A stretch of DNA of 63,891 nucleotides, the filler included, from Ministeria vibrans ATCC 50519 (lineage: Eukaryota > Protista > Filasterea): assembly GCA_943704425.1 (NCBI GenBank). It is 11 parts of 11 records of this genome, joined end to end, with 100 filler letters (N's around TTAATTAATTAA, not from the genome) between each part and the next. Parts side by side here need not be neighbours in the genome. Positions count along the whole stretch, not along the records: positions 1 to 9,660 come from CALSCP010000341.1; positions 9,761 to 32,739 come from CALSCP010001072.1; 9 more parts are not named here. One strand, 5' to 3'. Below, piece after piece: positions 1-12,002 of the stretch. Each line of letters begins with the position of its first letter. Position 1 is the stretch's first letter. A program made the position numbers and the translations under genes. The notes beneath the pieces were generated by a model. The model was given only the letters and a program-made list of their open reading frames with translations. It made no database searches and was not told the origin of the DNA.

Positions 1-635
1 GAACATACACACCCAATCAACACGTCATGCAAACTGACTTTTGGCGTCTCGCTCTGGTACACTGCGAATCCACGTCAAAAAACAACTCAACCTGTGCACC
101 CGTCGTTCCTTTCGTGTTCCTTTCGTGTCGCCCAGGCCATTGCTATTGTTCGTAGCACACCCAAAACCGAAGGTAGGGGTGCTGCTGAGCATGCTAGACG
201 TCTGGGAGCAAGGCTCAAGCACGTTACAACCAGCAAGGACGCCAAGGTGCTCGAGAAGACGATGAAACCCAACCATGTTCATTTTTCCGGGGGATTTCAC
301 AGATCAAAAAGCTCATTGAGGAAAACGCAAGTTTGCGTCTCAAGTCATCAAGTCCCTTATCAAAGGGTGCGCTTGTAACAAAAAAGAGTGCTCCGCCCAA
401 GCGAAAGACTGCAAGCAAAGCGGTATGACGAGAAGAGAGAACTTGACGAAAACTTAAAACGATCGCGCTCAAGACTCAAAAGGAGCCCCTTTCGAATGTC
501 GACCCCGCTGTCGCCACACAGTCGCCCGTCGTTCATCATCAGCAACAGCTCTTTCGCCTACTCCAACTTGGTATAATATCAAGAAATTTTTGAAGAACAG
601 AAACATAATAAAGCTGTGCTTTCGCTGTGCTGTAG

Positions 636-1629
636 AGAAACTGCTGATGGCTGACAATGACAAACTCCTTACTGCATTCCACCGAGATAGCTCAAGGGTC
701 AGGTAAACATTTTATGTGTGTGCATCTGAAAACACAAATTCAATTCGCACAAATTTTGTCTTCTTTTGATCTTTCTGCAGAGCGATTTGCATTGACTTTC
801 TGCACATCACTCGCTCTGTGCCGCTATTGAAAATAACACAAGAGATTGCCGCTGCAAAAGGTCTTGATGTTTCACGTGCTACAGCAACACTTGCCAATGT
901 CTTTGCCTCCCTTTCACGTATGGTGTTCAAACATTAAATCTTATTCCTTTCATAAAAAAAATTTCAACTAATAATTATAATATTGTGTAGATTTGATGAC
1001 TCGCCCAGAGATGCAAAAGGCGCGAAAAGAGTTTGAAAAGGAACTTGAGTTTACGATTCAACATGTCTTTGACTCACTCACGGTACATTTCTCAAAGTTT
1101 GTGCGTGCACTTTGCGTTTTTTGTTGCCTGGAAAATAAAATCATGAAGGATAACTCTAATTCTCTTGTGAAGAGGAGCGATGGCGAGGGACATGCTGCAC
1201 TCGCCCTACTTGGCGGATTTGTCGAGTGCTCGGTGGGGAAAGAAGGGCTCCTATGGACGCATGTTGCGCGACAGCTGATGGTGCTATCGTCAACAGTGGA
1301 GGAGACACTTCAAGAGGAGCGTAAAACAATACATTTGTGCGTGTGATTCGACAAACCCCCGATGCCTTTCATGTGTTTAGGTCTCGAGTCGGCCACATTG
1401 TCGCATGCCTATGTACTGTGTCGAATACTCGAGTGCATGGTCCAAGCATGCGCAACACACAGCGACAAGACAACTCGCGTGCGTCGCACAGCACTCGCTC
1501 TCATGGTAAGGTCGAAGGCCAAAGTGCGTCCTTGTTTGCAACGACATTCTCTTATAGAGCGAAATGGTACATGCACGTCAACGATTCCCATTGGTTGCAA
1601 TCTACCTTCGTCAAGTTGCATCAGTTTAG
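636..1629 (+). CDS. Hypothetical multi-exon, probably alpha-helical protein (3' part; 5' exons uncertain)
   Basis: Phase-compatible GT-AG exon chain: EKLLMADNDKLL.. / AICIDFLHITRSVPLLKITQEI.. / LMTRPEMQKARKEFEKELE.. / RSDGEGHAALALLGG.. / LESATLSHAYVLCRILE.. / SEMVHARQRFPLVAIYLRQVASV*. No family recognised. Confidence 0.5.
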
Positions 1630-1749
1630 ATAAAGAGAGAAAAAAAAAAAAGAGAGAGCGAATTACACAACAAGAATTGCAATGTTACACAGAGAAGGAG
1701 ACAACAATCACCAAAACACATACACACACACACAAACACACTCAGCATA

Positions 1750-2081
1750 TCACTGCAGCAACTTAAAGTCCGTTTTGGCACGATCAGCAATAATTTTAGC
1801 AATGGCAAGCGAGGAGGTAGCGCCCGGAGAGGGCGCATTGCGAACATGCAGCAGATTCTGACCGCCTTCGACGATACGGTCACCCCCACCACCACCGCCA
1901 CTCTCAAAGATGAAATCATCCACAAGTGTTCCGTCCGATGTCATCGCTTGGGCCCGTACACCCGTCGGGCCTCGCGAGAAGTCCGCCCGTTGAATGTCAG
2001 GTATATACGCCTAATATGAAAAGGAATAATAATTATATTGAACACTTGCTGCGTTTTTGTTTTGTTTTGTTTTGTTTTTTG

Positions 2082-2123
<42 letters not shown>

Positions 2124-3626
2124 GTTTTTTTGTTTTGTTTTTGTTTTTTGTTTTTTGTTTTGTTTTTTTGTTTTTTTTTGTTTTTTCTTCTTACTTGGAT
2201 GAGCTTTGTCTGGGCGGAGAGAAAAAGTGAGCGAAACTGCTCGCCGACACCAAAGGAAAAGTACTTGACCATGAGGCGGTGAAGACCGGGAAAAGAGAGT
2301 GCGTCTTTCATGTCTTCAATGCTGATGTCGGTGTAGCCATAGCCTTCGCGCGAGAAGGCCAGTACGGCATTAGGGCCAATGAGTACTTCACCCTTGACGG
2401 TGCGCGTGAAATGAACGCCCAGGAATGGCACGGTGGGGTCCGGAACAGGGTAGATGAGACCACGCACAAGGTGGTGCTTGTGTGGTGCAAGCACTTGATA
2501 CTCGCCGCGAACCTAAAACACAAAGAGATAGAGAAGGAGAGAGAGAGAGGAGGCAAAGTGACAGAGAGAGAGAGAAACAAAGTGATGAAGAGAAAAAGAA
2601 CCAACGTGATAAAAGTGAGAGAGAAAGAAGAAAAATAGAGTGAGTGAATATTGGGCCTAAACCATCTCTCTGGCGTTGTTCAACAGTACGGGAACAATCA
2701 TGGGCTCGGCTGCTCCACCTGATTTGCGTGCGACACGGTCAGCGTATGCACCAGCGCAGGCAATGACATGTCGGCACACCACCGGTCCCTATGAATGAGA
2801 TATTATTTGACTTTGCTTCTGTGTATTCGCCTCTTTCTTCGTTGCTGACTGAGTCTGTTTCTACGCGCACACCATTGGCAAAGGAGCCCGGATCGTCAAC
2901 ACCAGCAAAGTCGCGCACGCCATGACTAAGGAGCACACGACCGCCCCGTGACTCAATGTCCCGCTGGTAGTACTGCGCCACAAGTGCCCAATCGACAATC
3001 CCCGTATTTGGCGAAAAGATTCCACGGACACCCTTGCAGTGGGGCTCAATCTCGCGCATCTCTTTCGCATCAACAAATCGCAAGTCTCGAACACCGTTTG
3101 CCTATGAATTGACACCATAACATATATAAATCGTTACATCACCGCCAATCGTCTCATCTGATCTCCTCTTTCATACCACCCCCCTGTCGTACAGCTCTTG
3201 CAAGGGCTGCAGCTCTCGGTCGTTAAGGGCCACAATGAGCTTGCCAATGCGCTGGTGCGGGATGTGGTTGGCCTCGAAGAACTCATACGACAAATCAAGG
3301 CCTTCGACGCACAGCTTGGCCTTCAACGACCCCGGCTTGTAGTATATGCCTGCGTGGATCACGCCGCTGTTGTGGCCCGACTGGTGCGCCGCTAGAGAGA
3401 CGAAAAACGCATCAAAACTAACTTTGGGTGTTTCGCCATCCTCGCACATACCAACACGCTTTTCTTTCTCGAGCACACACACATCCAGTTTGGGATGACG
3501 CATCAAGAGCTCGCGCGCCGTTGCCAGGCCCACAAGACCTCCGCCAACAATACAAACATCGGCAGTTTTTGCTTTGCTTTTCAGAGTGATCCCTCGAACC
3601 AGCCGAGGGAGAGGCCTGGAGCGCAT
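1750..3626 (-). CDS. L2HGDH: L-2-hydroxyglutarate dehydrogenase, mitochondrial (multi-exon)
   Basis: Arg-rich presequence; FAD motif IVGGGLVGLATA; HQSGHNSGVIHAGIYYKPGSLKAKLC; IYPVPDPTVPFLGVHFT; HVRNAPSPGATSSLAIA. Exons join through GT-AG introns. Confidence 0.95.
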
Positions 3627-3762
3627 GGAGTGGCGCACACCAAGCATCACAACACAACAAAAACGAGTAATCTGTAATGTATTAAATGTAAAGACTAGTC
3701 GCCAGACGCACACCAGTCTAGTCATCAACTCTTCCTATAAGCATTTTTTTGTTCCTTCCTTT

Positions 3763-4789
3763 ATGAATTCGGTTCACACGTCGTTCATTCGATCGAGATC
3801 GACCCTGGAAAGGGAGTCGAGCGCGGGTGTGGAGGAAGGGGACGATGTGGAAATGACCACGATTGCGCGCGATCCCTCTTTGCCTCCCACCCCCGAGGAC
3901 GAGGCGTCGACGTCAGCGGACGCGGCAGGGCCCAACCCAGCTCACACGGTCACTCGCATTGTCGATATTACGCCGTTTGGAAAGTTGCGCGGAACGGCAG
4001 ACGGAAATGGCGAATGGAAGTTGCCTCTGGATCGTTTTGAGGTGTGTGTGTGTGTGTGTCTCTCTCTCTCTCTCGCTCACATGCTCTCACTGTGCGTCTT
4101 TCGTTGTTGCCTGACTCAAGATCGCGCGACGCACAGAGGGTACCCCTGGATGGGACCACCTGCGGAACAAGACGAGATCCTTTTACGAGGATCAGAACGA
4201 GCTGTTGGACGACGTACGACCGCCCTCACACGAAGAGCCGCTCTCTTGATGTCCGAATCGTTTGCTTTGTAGTTTGGCGATGCTGAAAGACTTCTCTTTG
4301 ATGGCGAAGCACACACCGAACAAGTCACAGAAATGTCAAGGTCGCTGTCAAAACAGGTACGTGACACAAAGTGAGTGTAGCATTGTTGCTCGCTCACACA
4401 CACCCACGCACACACACTCACTTGTTTTTTTTTTCTTTCTTTCTGTCTTTCTTTGTCTTCTTTAGGTTCACATTGCAGCAGTGGTGTCACTTGTCGCCAA
4501 CATTATACTTCTCATTGCCAAAATTGCTGCTGTCGTCTCCAGCGGATCACTTGCTGTCGTCTCGTCGCTTGTCGACTCTTCCTTCGATCTGCTTTCCGCC
4601 TTTGTCATTTGGTGGACCGGACGTTGGATCAGAAAGGTAGCAAGCTATAACAAATAGATAGGTGTGTACATTGATAACACACTTACTCACTCCCTATCAC
4701 TTTGTTTCTTTCTCCCTCCCTTTCTCTATCACTTTGTTTCTTTCTCCCTCTCTCTCTCTATCACTTTGTTTCTTTCTCCCTCCCTCCTT

Positions 4790-4820
<31 letters not shown>

Positions 4821-4821
4821 T

Positions 4822-4854
<33 letters not shown>

Positions 4855-5852
4855 TCTTGCAGCGAAACCCATTTCTCTACCCACAAGGCAAAACGCGCTT
4901 AGAGCCAGTGAGTATTGTCATTCTCAGTGCCATTATGGCTGTCGCTGCATTTCAAGTGGTACATATATATAATTATATACATTATTCATTACCATTATTT
5001 TGATTGGAATTATATATTTCTCTCTCTATCACTTTATCCTCTCTCTCTATTGCTTTGTTTCTTTCTCCTCCTCCTCCTCCTCTCTCTCTCTATCACTTTG
5101 TTTCTTTCTTCTCTCTCTCTCTTGTCTTATTCTGTGACTTGTTGTAGATTACCCAGAGTATCGAGCAACTTGCACGCAAGTCAGCTGATCCCATCGCAGA
5201 CACACGGACCATCGTCATTCTGGCCAGTACAGTCGTAGTCAAGTTTATCCTTTGGATTTATTGCAGGTCACACACATACACTAAGCACACACAAACAAGC
5301 ACTCTACACAGACACACATTATTTTAATTATTGCTGCTCTTATTATTATAAATTTTATTACACGCTCTTATTACATGTCAAAACCATTAATTTTTTTCTC
5401 TCGTTTTTTTCAGGCGAATCAACTCTGCGTCGACACACGCACTGGCACAGGACCATTTGAACGATGTTGCGGGGAACGTGGTTGCGATTGTGTCGGCAGT
5501 TGTTGGCGCGCGCTACTGGAAGCCAATGGATCCTCTGGGTGCACTCATCATTTCCATTTACATTGTATGTCTTGTTTTCTTTTTCTCCCCCAACCCACTA
5601 CTCAACTGATAACGTTGTATAGGTTGTGAATTGGGCCCGCACCGGTCTCGAACACGTTCGTCATTTGACTGGTCGCAGTGCCGACTCGAAACTCCTCAAA
5701 AAACTCACGTGGATTGCCTGGAATCACGACTCCCGTGTTCTCCTTATTGACACTGTGCGTTTCAACCCCCTCCCTCTCTCTCTCTCACTTTTTTTTTTTT
5801 TTTTTCCTTTTCTCTATCACTCTTTTTCTTTCCTCTCCTCTTCCTCTTCCTC

Positions 5853-5895
<43 letters not shown>

Positions 5896-6281
5896 CTTTT
5901 TNNNNNNNNNNNNNNNNNNNNNNNNNNNNNNNNNNNNNNNNNNNNNNNNNNNNNNNNNNNNNNNNNNNNNNNNNNNNNNNNNNNNNNNNNNNNNNNNNNN
6001 NNNNNNNNNNNNNNNNNNNNNNNNNNNNNNNNNNNNNNNNNNNNNNNNNNNNNNNNNNNNNNNNNNNNNNNNNNNNNNNNNNNNNNNNNNNNNNNNNNNN
6101 NNNNNNNNNNNNNNNNNNNNNNNNNNNNNNNNNNNNNNNNNNNNNNNNNNNNNNNNNNNNNNNNNNNNNNNNNNNNNNNNNNNNTCAACAGATTGAACGA
6201 GTGGAGGACGTTGAACGTGCGTTTGTCCATCTTGACTATGAGCCTTTCCATAACCCAAACATTGAACATAAAACAATTTAA
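3763..6281 (+). CDS. Cation diffusion facilitator, Mn-CDF / MTP8-11-like metal tolerance protein (gap inside)
   Basis: Spliced exons give FYEDQNELLDDF, SGSLAVVSSLVDSSFDLLS, YPQGKTRLEPV, AQDHLNDV, LTGRSA and the C-terminal VERAFVHLDYE. Confidence 0.9.
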
Positions 6282-6495
6282 CAGTTCTAAGAATTATTCT
6301 TAATATTTTAGATCAGCTAGATACTTTTAGGAGGTTTTTGTATTTATTCGTGCGGGTGCGCGTCTCCTTCGTCGAAATCGAGTGGCAGAGTTTGAAAGTC
6401 AATTCTTTGTTTCACTGAACAACCCTTTAAATGATGGATACCTCATTTGTCCGATTGTTCGATCGTCGGCCCAAACGCATCTCATGCATCGTATT

Positions 6496-6613
<118 letters not shown>

Positions 6614-6912
6614 TGCATTGGTATAAAACACTGCCGATCAACCCACTATGCCCTACTTTCACAGAAATGATGGAATCCAAAGTCCTTGTCAGCAATGTGG
6701 CGAGAATTTAACTTGTTCTGAGCAAGTAGAACACGTGCGATTGTGTTCGACACACCGCACGTTCCCCTTTTTGTTTTATTCTTTTTATTCTTTTCCAATT
6801 TTCAATTTTCGTTTGAGTGGGTATTTGATGTTGTTGACGTCTAATTAACTGCGTCGACTTAATTAAACTTGTTGTTTGAGTTTGACAGAAAACCTGATCC
6901 GAACGTACTCGT

Positions 6913-8371
6913 ATGCTTTTCCACTACCGAGGCGCTATCGTCGCGACAGATCAAACCGCGACGTTCATTGGCGACATCGTCCTGCCACGTCACGCGCATG
7001 CAACTCTTTACTATCGTGCCACTAGCAGCGGTGGATCCGACGCCGCCTGGGCTGAGGCATTCCCTAACGAGCGATTAGACGGCTTTCACACCGTGTGTGC
7101 ATACGAGGTGTTTCGCAAGGTTTGTCTTGTTTTTGTTTTTTTTTTCCTTCTTTTCTCACTTCTTTGTACAGGTTCCATGCGACCTGTATCGCACCGTCAC
7201 GCCAAACGAAGTCAATCCGATGATTCGGAGTGATAAGGGTACACAAGTGCCATGTTTTTGTGGCGCGGAAGCCGAGGGCTCTTGGGACACGACGGCGTTT
7301 GTTCTCGAGAACCGCGTCCACAGAATTCCCAACGAACGAAAGACGAAGTACTCCATCGAAACGCCTCGCGGCATGTCCCTATTTGCATCGCACCCTACTG
7401 TGCAAGAACCGTACAACGCTCCTTTGCACGAGGACAAACGAGACACATGGTGTCCCGCGGAGTCTCTTCCGCCTGGCCCTGACTACGACCCAGCCGAGCA
7501 CCTTCACTCATCCCTCTTCTACAACAGTTCAACGGGATTGTCGACACGGAACGTCGTGAAAGAAGACGGGCCCATGAAGCGCACAGGCTTCTTCTGCTTC
7601 CGCTTAGCAAAAGGGGCTGATTTGCGACCTATGAACTGCGCTCTTCTGTACGACAACAACGACACTACCACACCAGACCACTATACACTCGTGCGCTGGG
7701 ATCCACAAGCATTGCCCGAGTTCACGTATCGTGATTACACTGACAGTGTGCAACATGCGGTTGACACTGCTGACGACGCCGATGAGCACTCACATGCCGA
7801 CCGCACGTCCTCTCGCATCTGCCGAGATTTGACCGTCAAGGCCTGTCATCCGTCCGTGCGTATCCTCGGCGACGTGATCAAGGGAACGGCTGCTACTTTG
7901 CGTGACGCCTATGTCGCGTACAACCGCCCAGCTGTCCCCGCTCTGACTGCATCACAGAACGCTTCCGCCGCCACTTCCACCGCTGCCTCCCAGCAACTCC
8001 CACCTCCAGCCAACACTATTATTCGTGGTGTTGTCTACCCTGGCGAGATGTCGCGCGATGTTTTGGTCGGGATTGCATGCCTGTTCCAGCTTCACTGCTT
8101 TCATATGAGAGGTGCGAGTGAGCCCAACGACACGGCCCTGAGTGACCATGACGAGCAAGGGCTGTGTGTGCTGGCCGCCATGAAGCGGGTGTACCACAGC
8201 ACCAACGACATGGCCCTCACGGGGCTTCTCAACGTCTACGTCGCGTATGGATGTGACTATCGTCGCATGTCATGGAACACCCGCGTGGCTTTGGCGAGCG
8301 CCATCCGCAACACCACACTGTACAGCAACGGCGATATCCCCGACGCTGTTCTCCATTGGCTATATTCCTAA
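6913..8371 (+). CDS. Hypothetical protein with a Tse2-like ADP-ribosyltransferase-fold domain (one intron, 7120-7171)
   Basis: ATG 6913; AAG|GTTTGT...ACAG|GTT joins in frame. Motifs PCDLYR, PRGMSLF and FCFRLAKGADL..DHYTL resemble Tse2-type ART domains. Confidence 0.55.
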
Positions 8372-8383
8372 GCCGATTCCTCC

Positions 8384-9295
8384 ATGACACTCTACCTTAC
8401 TGGGCCACTTCGGCACTCACCAGTCGGCGAGTGTGACGCTGACACCTCTGATGGGTCGCCCTCATCACTCAGCGACTCGGAGCCTACCACAACTACGCCA
8501 GCCACTCTCATGCACACGACCGCCGAAACCGCCTCTACGTCCATAGCCACAACTGCGACCACAGCGACACTCACAGCCTCCAACCCAACCCGCGATGTTG
8601 ATGCCTCGACACCCTCATTCCTATCGAGCAGCAGCACCGCTCCAATCGGTGCCAGCAATGAATGTCTGAGACTCTTCCGCGGCAAGCCACTACAGATTTC
8701 CTTCAGCGCTTTTGCGGACGCCGTGGGGTTCCAGCCCTCGGCAGTGCAGTCTTTCGGAACTGCTGAGGTCGCTACTGCCGCAAGTGCCTTTGTCAAGATG
8801 AACAACATCTCAGAAGACTGCTACAGGGCTCTTGACGACTTTGTTAATGAGCATAGCGACCGCATCATTCGGTGGGTCAATACCGTCTGCGGAGACTCTG
8901 TGGCAGATCACGTGTCGTTTGTGGTGCCGGCAAACACGGATATGTCGCTCACCATCCTCAACAGCCAGCCCATTTACATGCCTCCGCAGCCGTATCAAAA
9001 GACGTATGTAAAAACGTGGGCCGTGGACAGTCACTACGTTGGCCATACGTCCGCCCTTGCTCACCAACACGTTCGTATTCTCGCACGTTCGACATGGGCT
9101 GTTCCAGACTGGCACTTCATTATCTTTTGCCGACCCTCCAACCCTATCCGCCTGGTCGAATTGTACCACCATATTTTCGAGCCTTCCACCCCCGCGCCGC
9201 TTCGCGATCGCAGTCAATGGTGTCAAAGTGCCATCGACGCCTTCGAGCAAAACAAAGTAGCGTCAGCGCGGGAACTCCTGCTTTATCCAGACTAG
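8384..9295 (+). CDS. Hypothetical 303-aa ORF (Thr/Ser-rich linker plus globular domain), in frame with the upstream ORF
   Basis: Long ORF with coding-like composition, starting 12 nt after the TAA of the previous ORF in the same frame. Confidence 0.5.
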   Translation: MTLYLTGPLRHSPVGECDADTSDGSPSSLSDSEPTTTTPATLMHTTAETASTSIATTATTATLTASNPTRDVDASTPSFLSSSSTAPIGASNECLRLFRGKPLQISFSAFADAVGFQPSAVQSFGTAEVATAASAFVKMNNISEDCYRALDDFVNEHSDRIIRWVNTVCGDSVADHVSFVVPANTDMSLTILNSQPIYMPPQPYQKTYVKTWAVDSHYVGHTSALAHQHVRILARSTWAVPDWHFIIFCRPSNPIRLVELYHHIFEPSTPAPLRDRSQWCQSAIDAFEQNKVASARELLLYPD

Positions 9296-9660
9296 AGCTT
9301 CGTTCTCTTCTGCACTTGTCATGAAGAGCTCTTCTCGAATGCGAAGGCCGCCATCCCTTCATTCTTTTCATCCCACCAAGTTCCCCTCACCTCATCCTCA
9401 TCCTTTTCTTTTGAGTGATTACACTCTTCCGTCAATTTTTGTAAAACACCCAACGCTCAGGCAAGAAATTAGGCACACTCATTACGGGGTCTGTTTCGCC
9501 TCCCGGATTTGTAGGAAAATGAGGGAGCAAAGACAATCAATCAACAAGCGCAAACGCTACATTGGCCATCTGAGCGAGCTGTGATCATGGGAGCGAAATC
9601 AGTTCGAAAACAGAGAGTAGTCTGAGTGGGAATTTCTCAGCCGGGCCGGCCCTCTCTCCC

Positions 9661-9760
9661 NNNNNNNNNNNNNNNNNNNNNNNNNNNNNNNNNNNNNNNN
9701 NNNNTTAATTAATTAANNNNNNNNNNNNNNNNNNNNNNNNNNNNNNNNNNNNNNNNNNNN
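9661..9760. other. Artificial contig linker N-TTAATTAATTAA-N (others near 32740, 37997, 40597, 42334, 54417, 56984, 58778, 60917, 62689)
   Basis: The same ~100-nt N block with a central six-frame-stop 12-mer occurs about 10 times; genes are truncated at several of them. Confidence 0.97.
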
Positions 9761-9805
9761 TTTTTTTTTTGTTATTGACATCGTTATGCGTGTGATTTAT
9801 TATAG

Positions 9806-10095
9806 CGACTGGAGATGAAGCTCAAGACAGTTGGACTGGGGTACTTTAGTGCACGCAAGATGTCGTGGGGCTACAAGCGACAGTGGAGCAATAATTACCT
9901 GTCAACAACAGTACGTGACATAGAATGTATGTGTGTGTGTGCTCATTCTGTTTCCTTTCAGCTGCACAATGATCATGCTGAAAAGTTCTCGACCATGATC
10001 CGTCGTCATATGGATGCTGCTGGCGAGAGAAAAATTCACTTTGCTGCTCACGCAAATAAGGTAAACCCAAAAAAAGAAACGTATTGTCAATCAAC

Positions 10096-10129
<34 letters not shown>

Positions 10130-10672
10130 NNNNNNNNNNNNNNNNNNNNNNNNNNNNNNNNNNNNNNNNNNNNNNNNNNNNNNNNNNNNNNNNNNNNNNN
10201 NNNNNNNNNNNNNNNNNNNNNNNNNNNGTAGCCCCCCCCCCCCCTCCGCTCTCTCAGTGCACTGTTTCGTCTTACTTTGTGATGGTAGTCATTTTTCACA
10301 TCTCTCATACTATTCGCTTTTTCTTTCCTCTCCACTTTCCAGGGCCCGTTGGCGCTGCAGCACATCGACGGAATGACTCTGTCGAACGGGCACGACCAGG
10401 TCGTCGTGGTGCATCTCAAGACAGGCGAGGACCTCGTGTACAACATGGCGGTGGGTCGCGGCGAGCGCGTCTGCGAGTTTGCTGTTGTGCTTGCTGAGGC
10501 CGTCAAGCGCGTCTCGTCCCGCGCCGTCCCCGTCAACGTCAAGAACCTTCTTCCCGTCGTCGTTAGCGGCAAACAGCTCCGCATGACTGTTCGCGAAGAT
10601 GGACTCGTCACAAAGAGCTCTCTCAAACGCTCCAAAAACGACCTGACTCTTCTCGTTCCTTCCATTCTCTAG
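9806..10672 (+). CDS. Class I myosin, C-terminal TH1 tail (MYO1D/G-like), 5'-truncated
   Basis: RQWSNNYLS, IHFAAHANKVN, LQHIDGMTLSNGHDQVVVVH, ERVCEFAVVL and VPVNVKN match the MYO1D/G TH1 pattern. Confidence 0.85.
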
Positions 10673-10982
10673 CCCTTTTTTATCTCTCTCTCTCTCTATC
10701 ACTCTGTTTCTTTCTCCTCTCTTATCTCTATCACTTGGTTCTTTCTCCTCTCTCTCTCTCTCCCTATTTCTTTATCTCTCTTCCCGTCACTTTCTTCATT
10801 CTTTCTATCTCTATCTCTATCACTCTCTCTCTCTCTCTCCCTTGCCTCTTTCTCCATCTATCAATATTTTTGTGTCTGTGTGCCCTTTTTTCAATTTGTA
10901 GAACGATTATTATTCTTCCTCCCGAAAAATACAAAAAAAAAAAAGAAAAATTTGAATGCAAAAAAAACCGCCTTCTTATGTA

Positions 10983-12002
10983 TTAGTGTAAGGTCGAGAG
11001 AATGAGTTCACGCACAAAGGCAGCCTTATCGGGGCGCGGGTGGCGACTGTGGGAGCTTGCATCGCGCAACGTAGGAGGGACGCGCGGAACAAGATTACGA
11101 CGCACTTGCGACGAAGAGGTGATGTGTAAGGCATTGCTACGAGTGTTGCTGTCGCTGTTGTTGGCGGTGGTGCCACTGCGACTACCGCTACTACTCGTGG
11201 TGGCAGGCGGTAAACGGCTAGACAGGATGTCACGGCGACTCTTGGGTGCCTTGACCGCGCTCGCGTTGTTCTGGTGTTGTTGCTGAGGCGGAGGCACATC
11301 GTCAAAAAAATCTTCTTCGTGTTGTTGCCACTGTGCTTTGAGGTGCGCGTGCAGACGCATTCGCTCCTGGCGGCGGTGACCCTGTTCCTCTTGTGACTCG
11401 AGTAGATGATGTTGTTGCTGTTGTTGTTGCTGCTGTTGTTGCTGCTGCTGTTGTTGTTGGTCCGGGTGCTGCTCGAATTGACCGACGTGTTGGAGGTGCA
11501 GATCAAAGAGTTCGTCCAGTGCGTCCGAACGCGGAGGGCGTTGCTGTTCGGGATTGAGCGCCAGTGCTGGAGTCTCCCCCCACTCGTTGAGCGGTGCACC
11601 GGCATCCAGAAACTCGGCGTGTTCGCAGACCATGTGAGAAATGAGATGGGGCTCGACAGAGCAGCAGATGGGGCATTCGGCGTCGCCTTCGCCTGGATGC
11701 GCTCCCGCCAAATGCCCCAGAAACCCCGACCCTTCTGCCAGCTCGCCACAGTACGGGCACTCAAGAGGCCCCGCTGCGCCAAGGTAGTCCTCCTCGTCTG
11801 CCTCCTCCTCCTCCTCGTCGTCGTCGTCGTCGTCGTCGTCTGCGGGCGAGTCCAGTGCCACAGGTTCGTGATCACAGGGAAGGCGCAGGCCGCCGTCCAT
11901 GCACGTCTCGCAGATGTCGTAGCCACAATCAAAGCAGGCATATCGAACCCCTTCAAACTCGTACGACTCGCAAGTGTCGCAGGTGATTCCGCTGTGCGCC
12001 AT
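10983..12002 (-). CDS. KCMF1: KCMF1-like E3 ubiquitin ligase (ZZ finger plus Di19-type zinc finger), intronless
   Basis: HSGITCDTC..FEGVRYACFDCGYDICETC (ZZ); CPYCG..H..H..CPIC; C-terminal FVRELILSTL. Confidence 0.85.
   Translation of the reverse strand: MAHSGITCDTCESYEFEGVRYACFDCGYDICETCMDGGLRLPCDHEPVALDSPADDDDDDDDEEEEEADEEDYLGAAGPLECPYCGELAEGSGFLGHLAGAHPGEGDAECPICCSVEPHLISHMVCEHAEFLDAGAPLNEWGETPALALNPEQQRPPRSDALDELFDLHLQHVGQFEQHPDQQQQQQQQQQQQQQQQHHLLESQEEQGHRRQERMRLHAHLKAQWQQHEEDFFDDVPPPQQQHQNNASAVKAPKSRRDILSSRLPPATTSSSGSRSGTTANNSDSNTRSNALHITSSSQVRRNLVPRVPPTLRDASSHSRHPRPDKAAFVRELILSTLH

Noticed and set aside
8369-8371. Genome-wide TAA reassignment (alternative genetic code)
   Set aside because: TAA terminates conserved genes at the expected positions (MTP, ceramidase, sirtuin, MAPKAPK), and no other conserved exon was seen to contain an in-frame stop.
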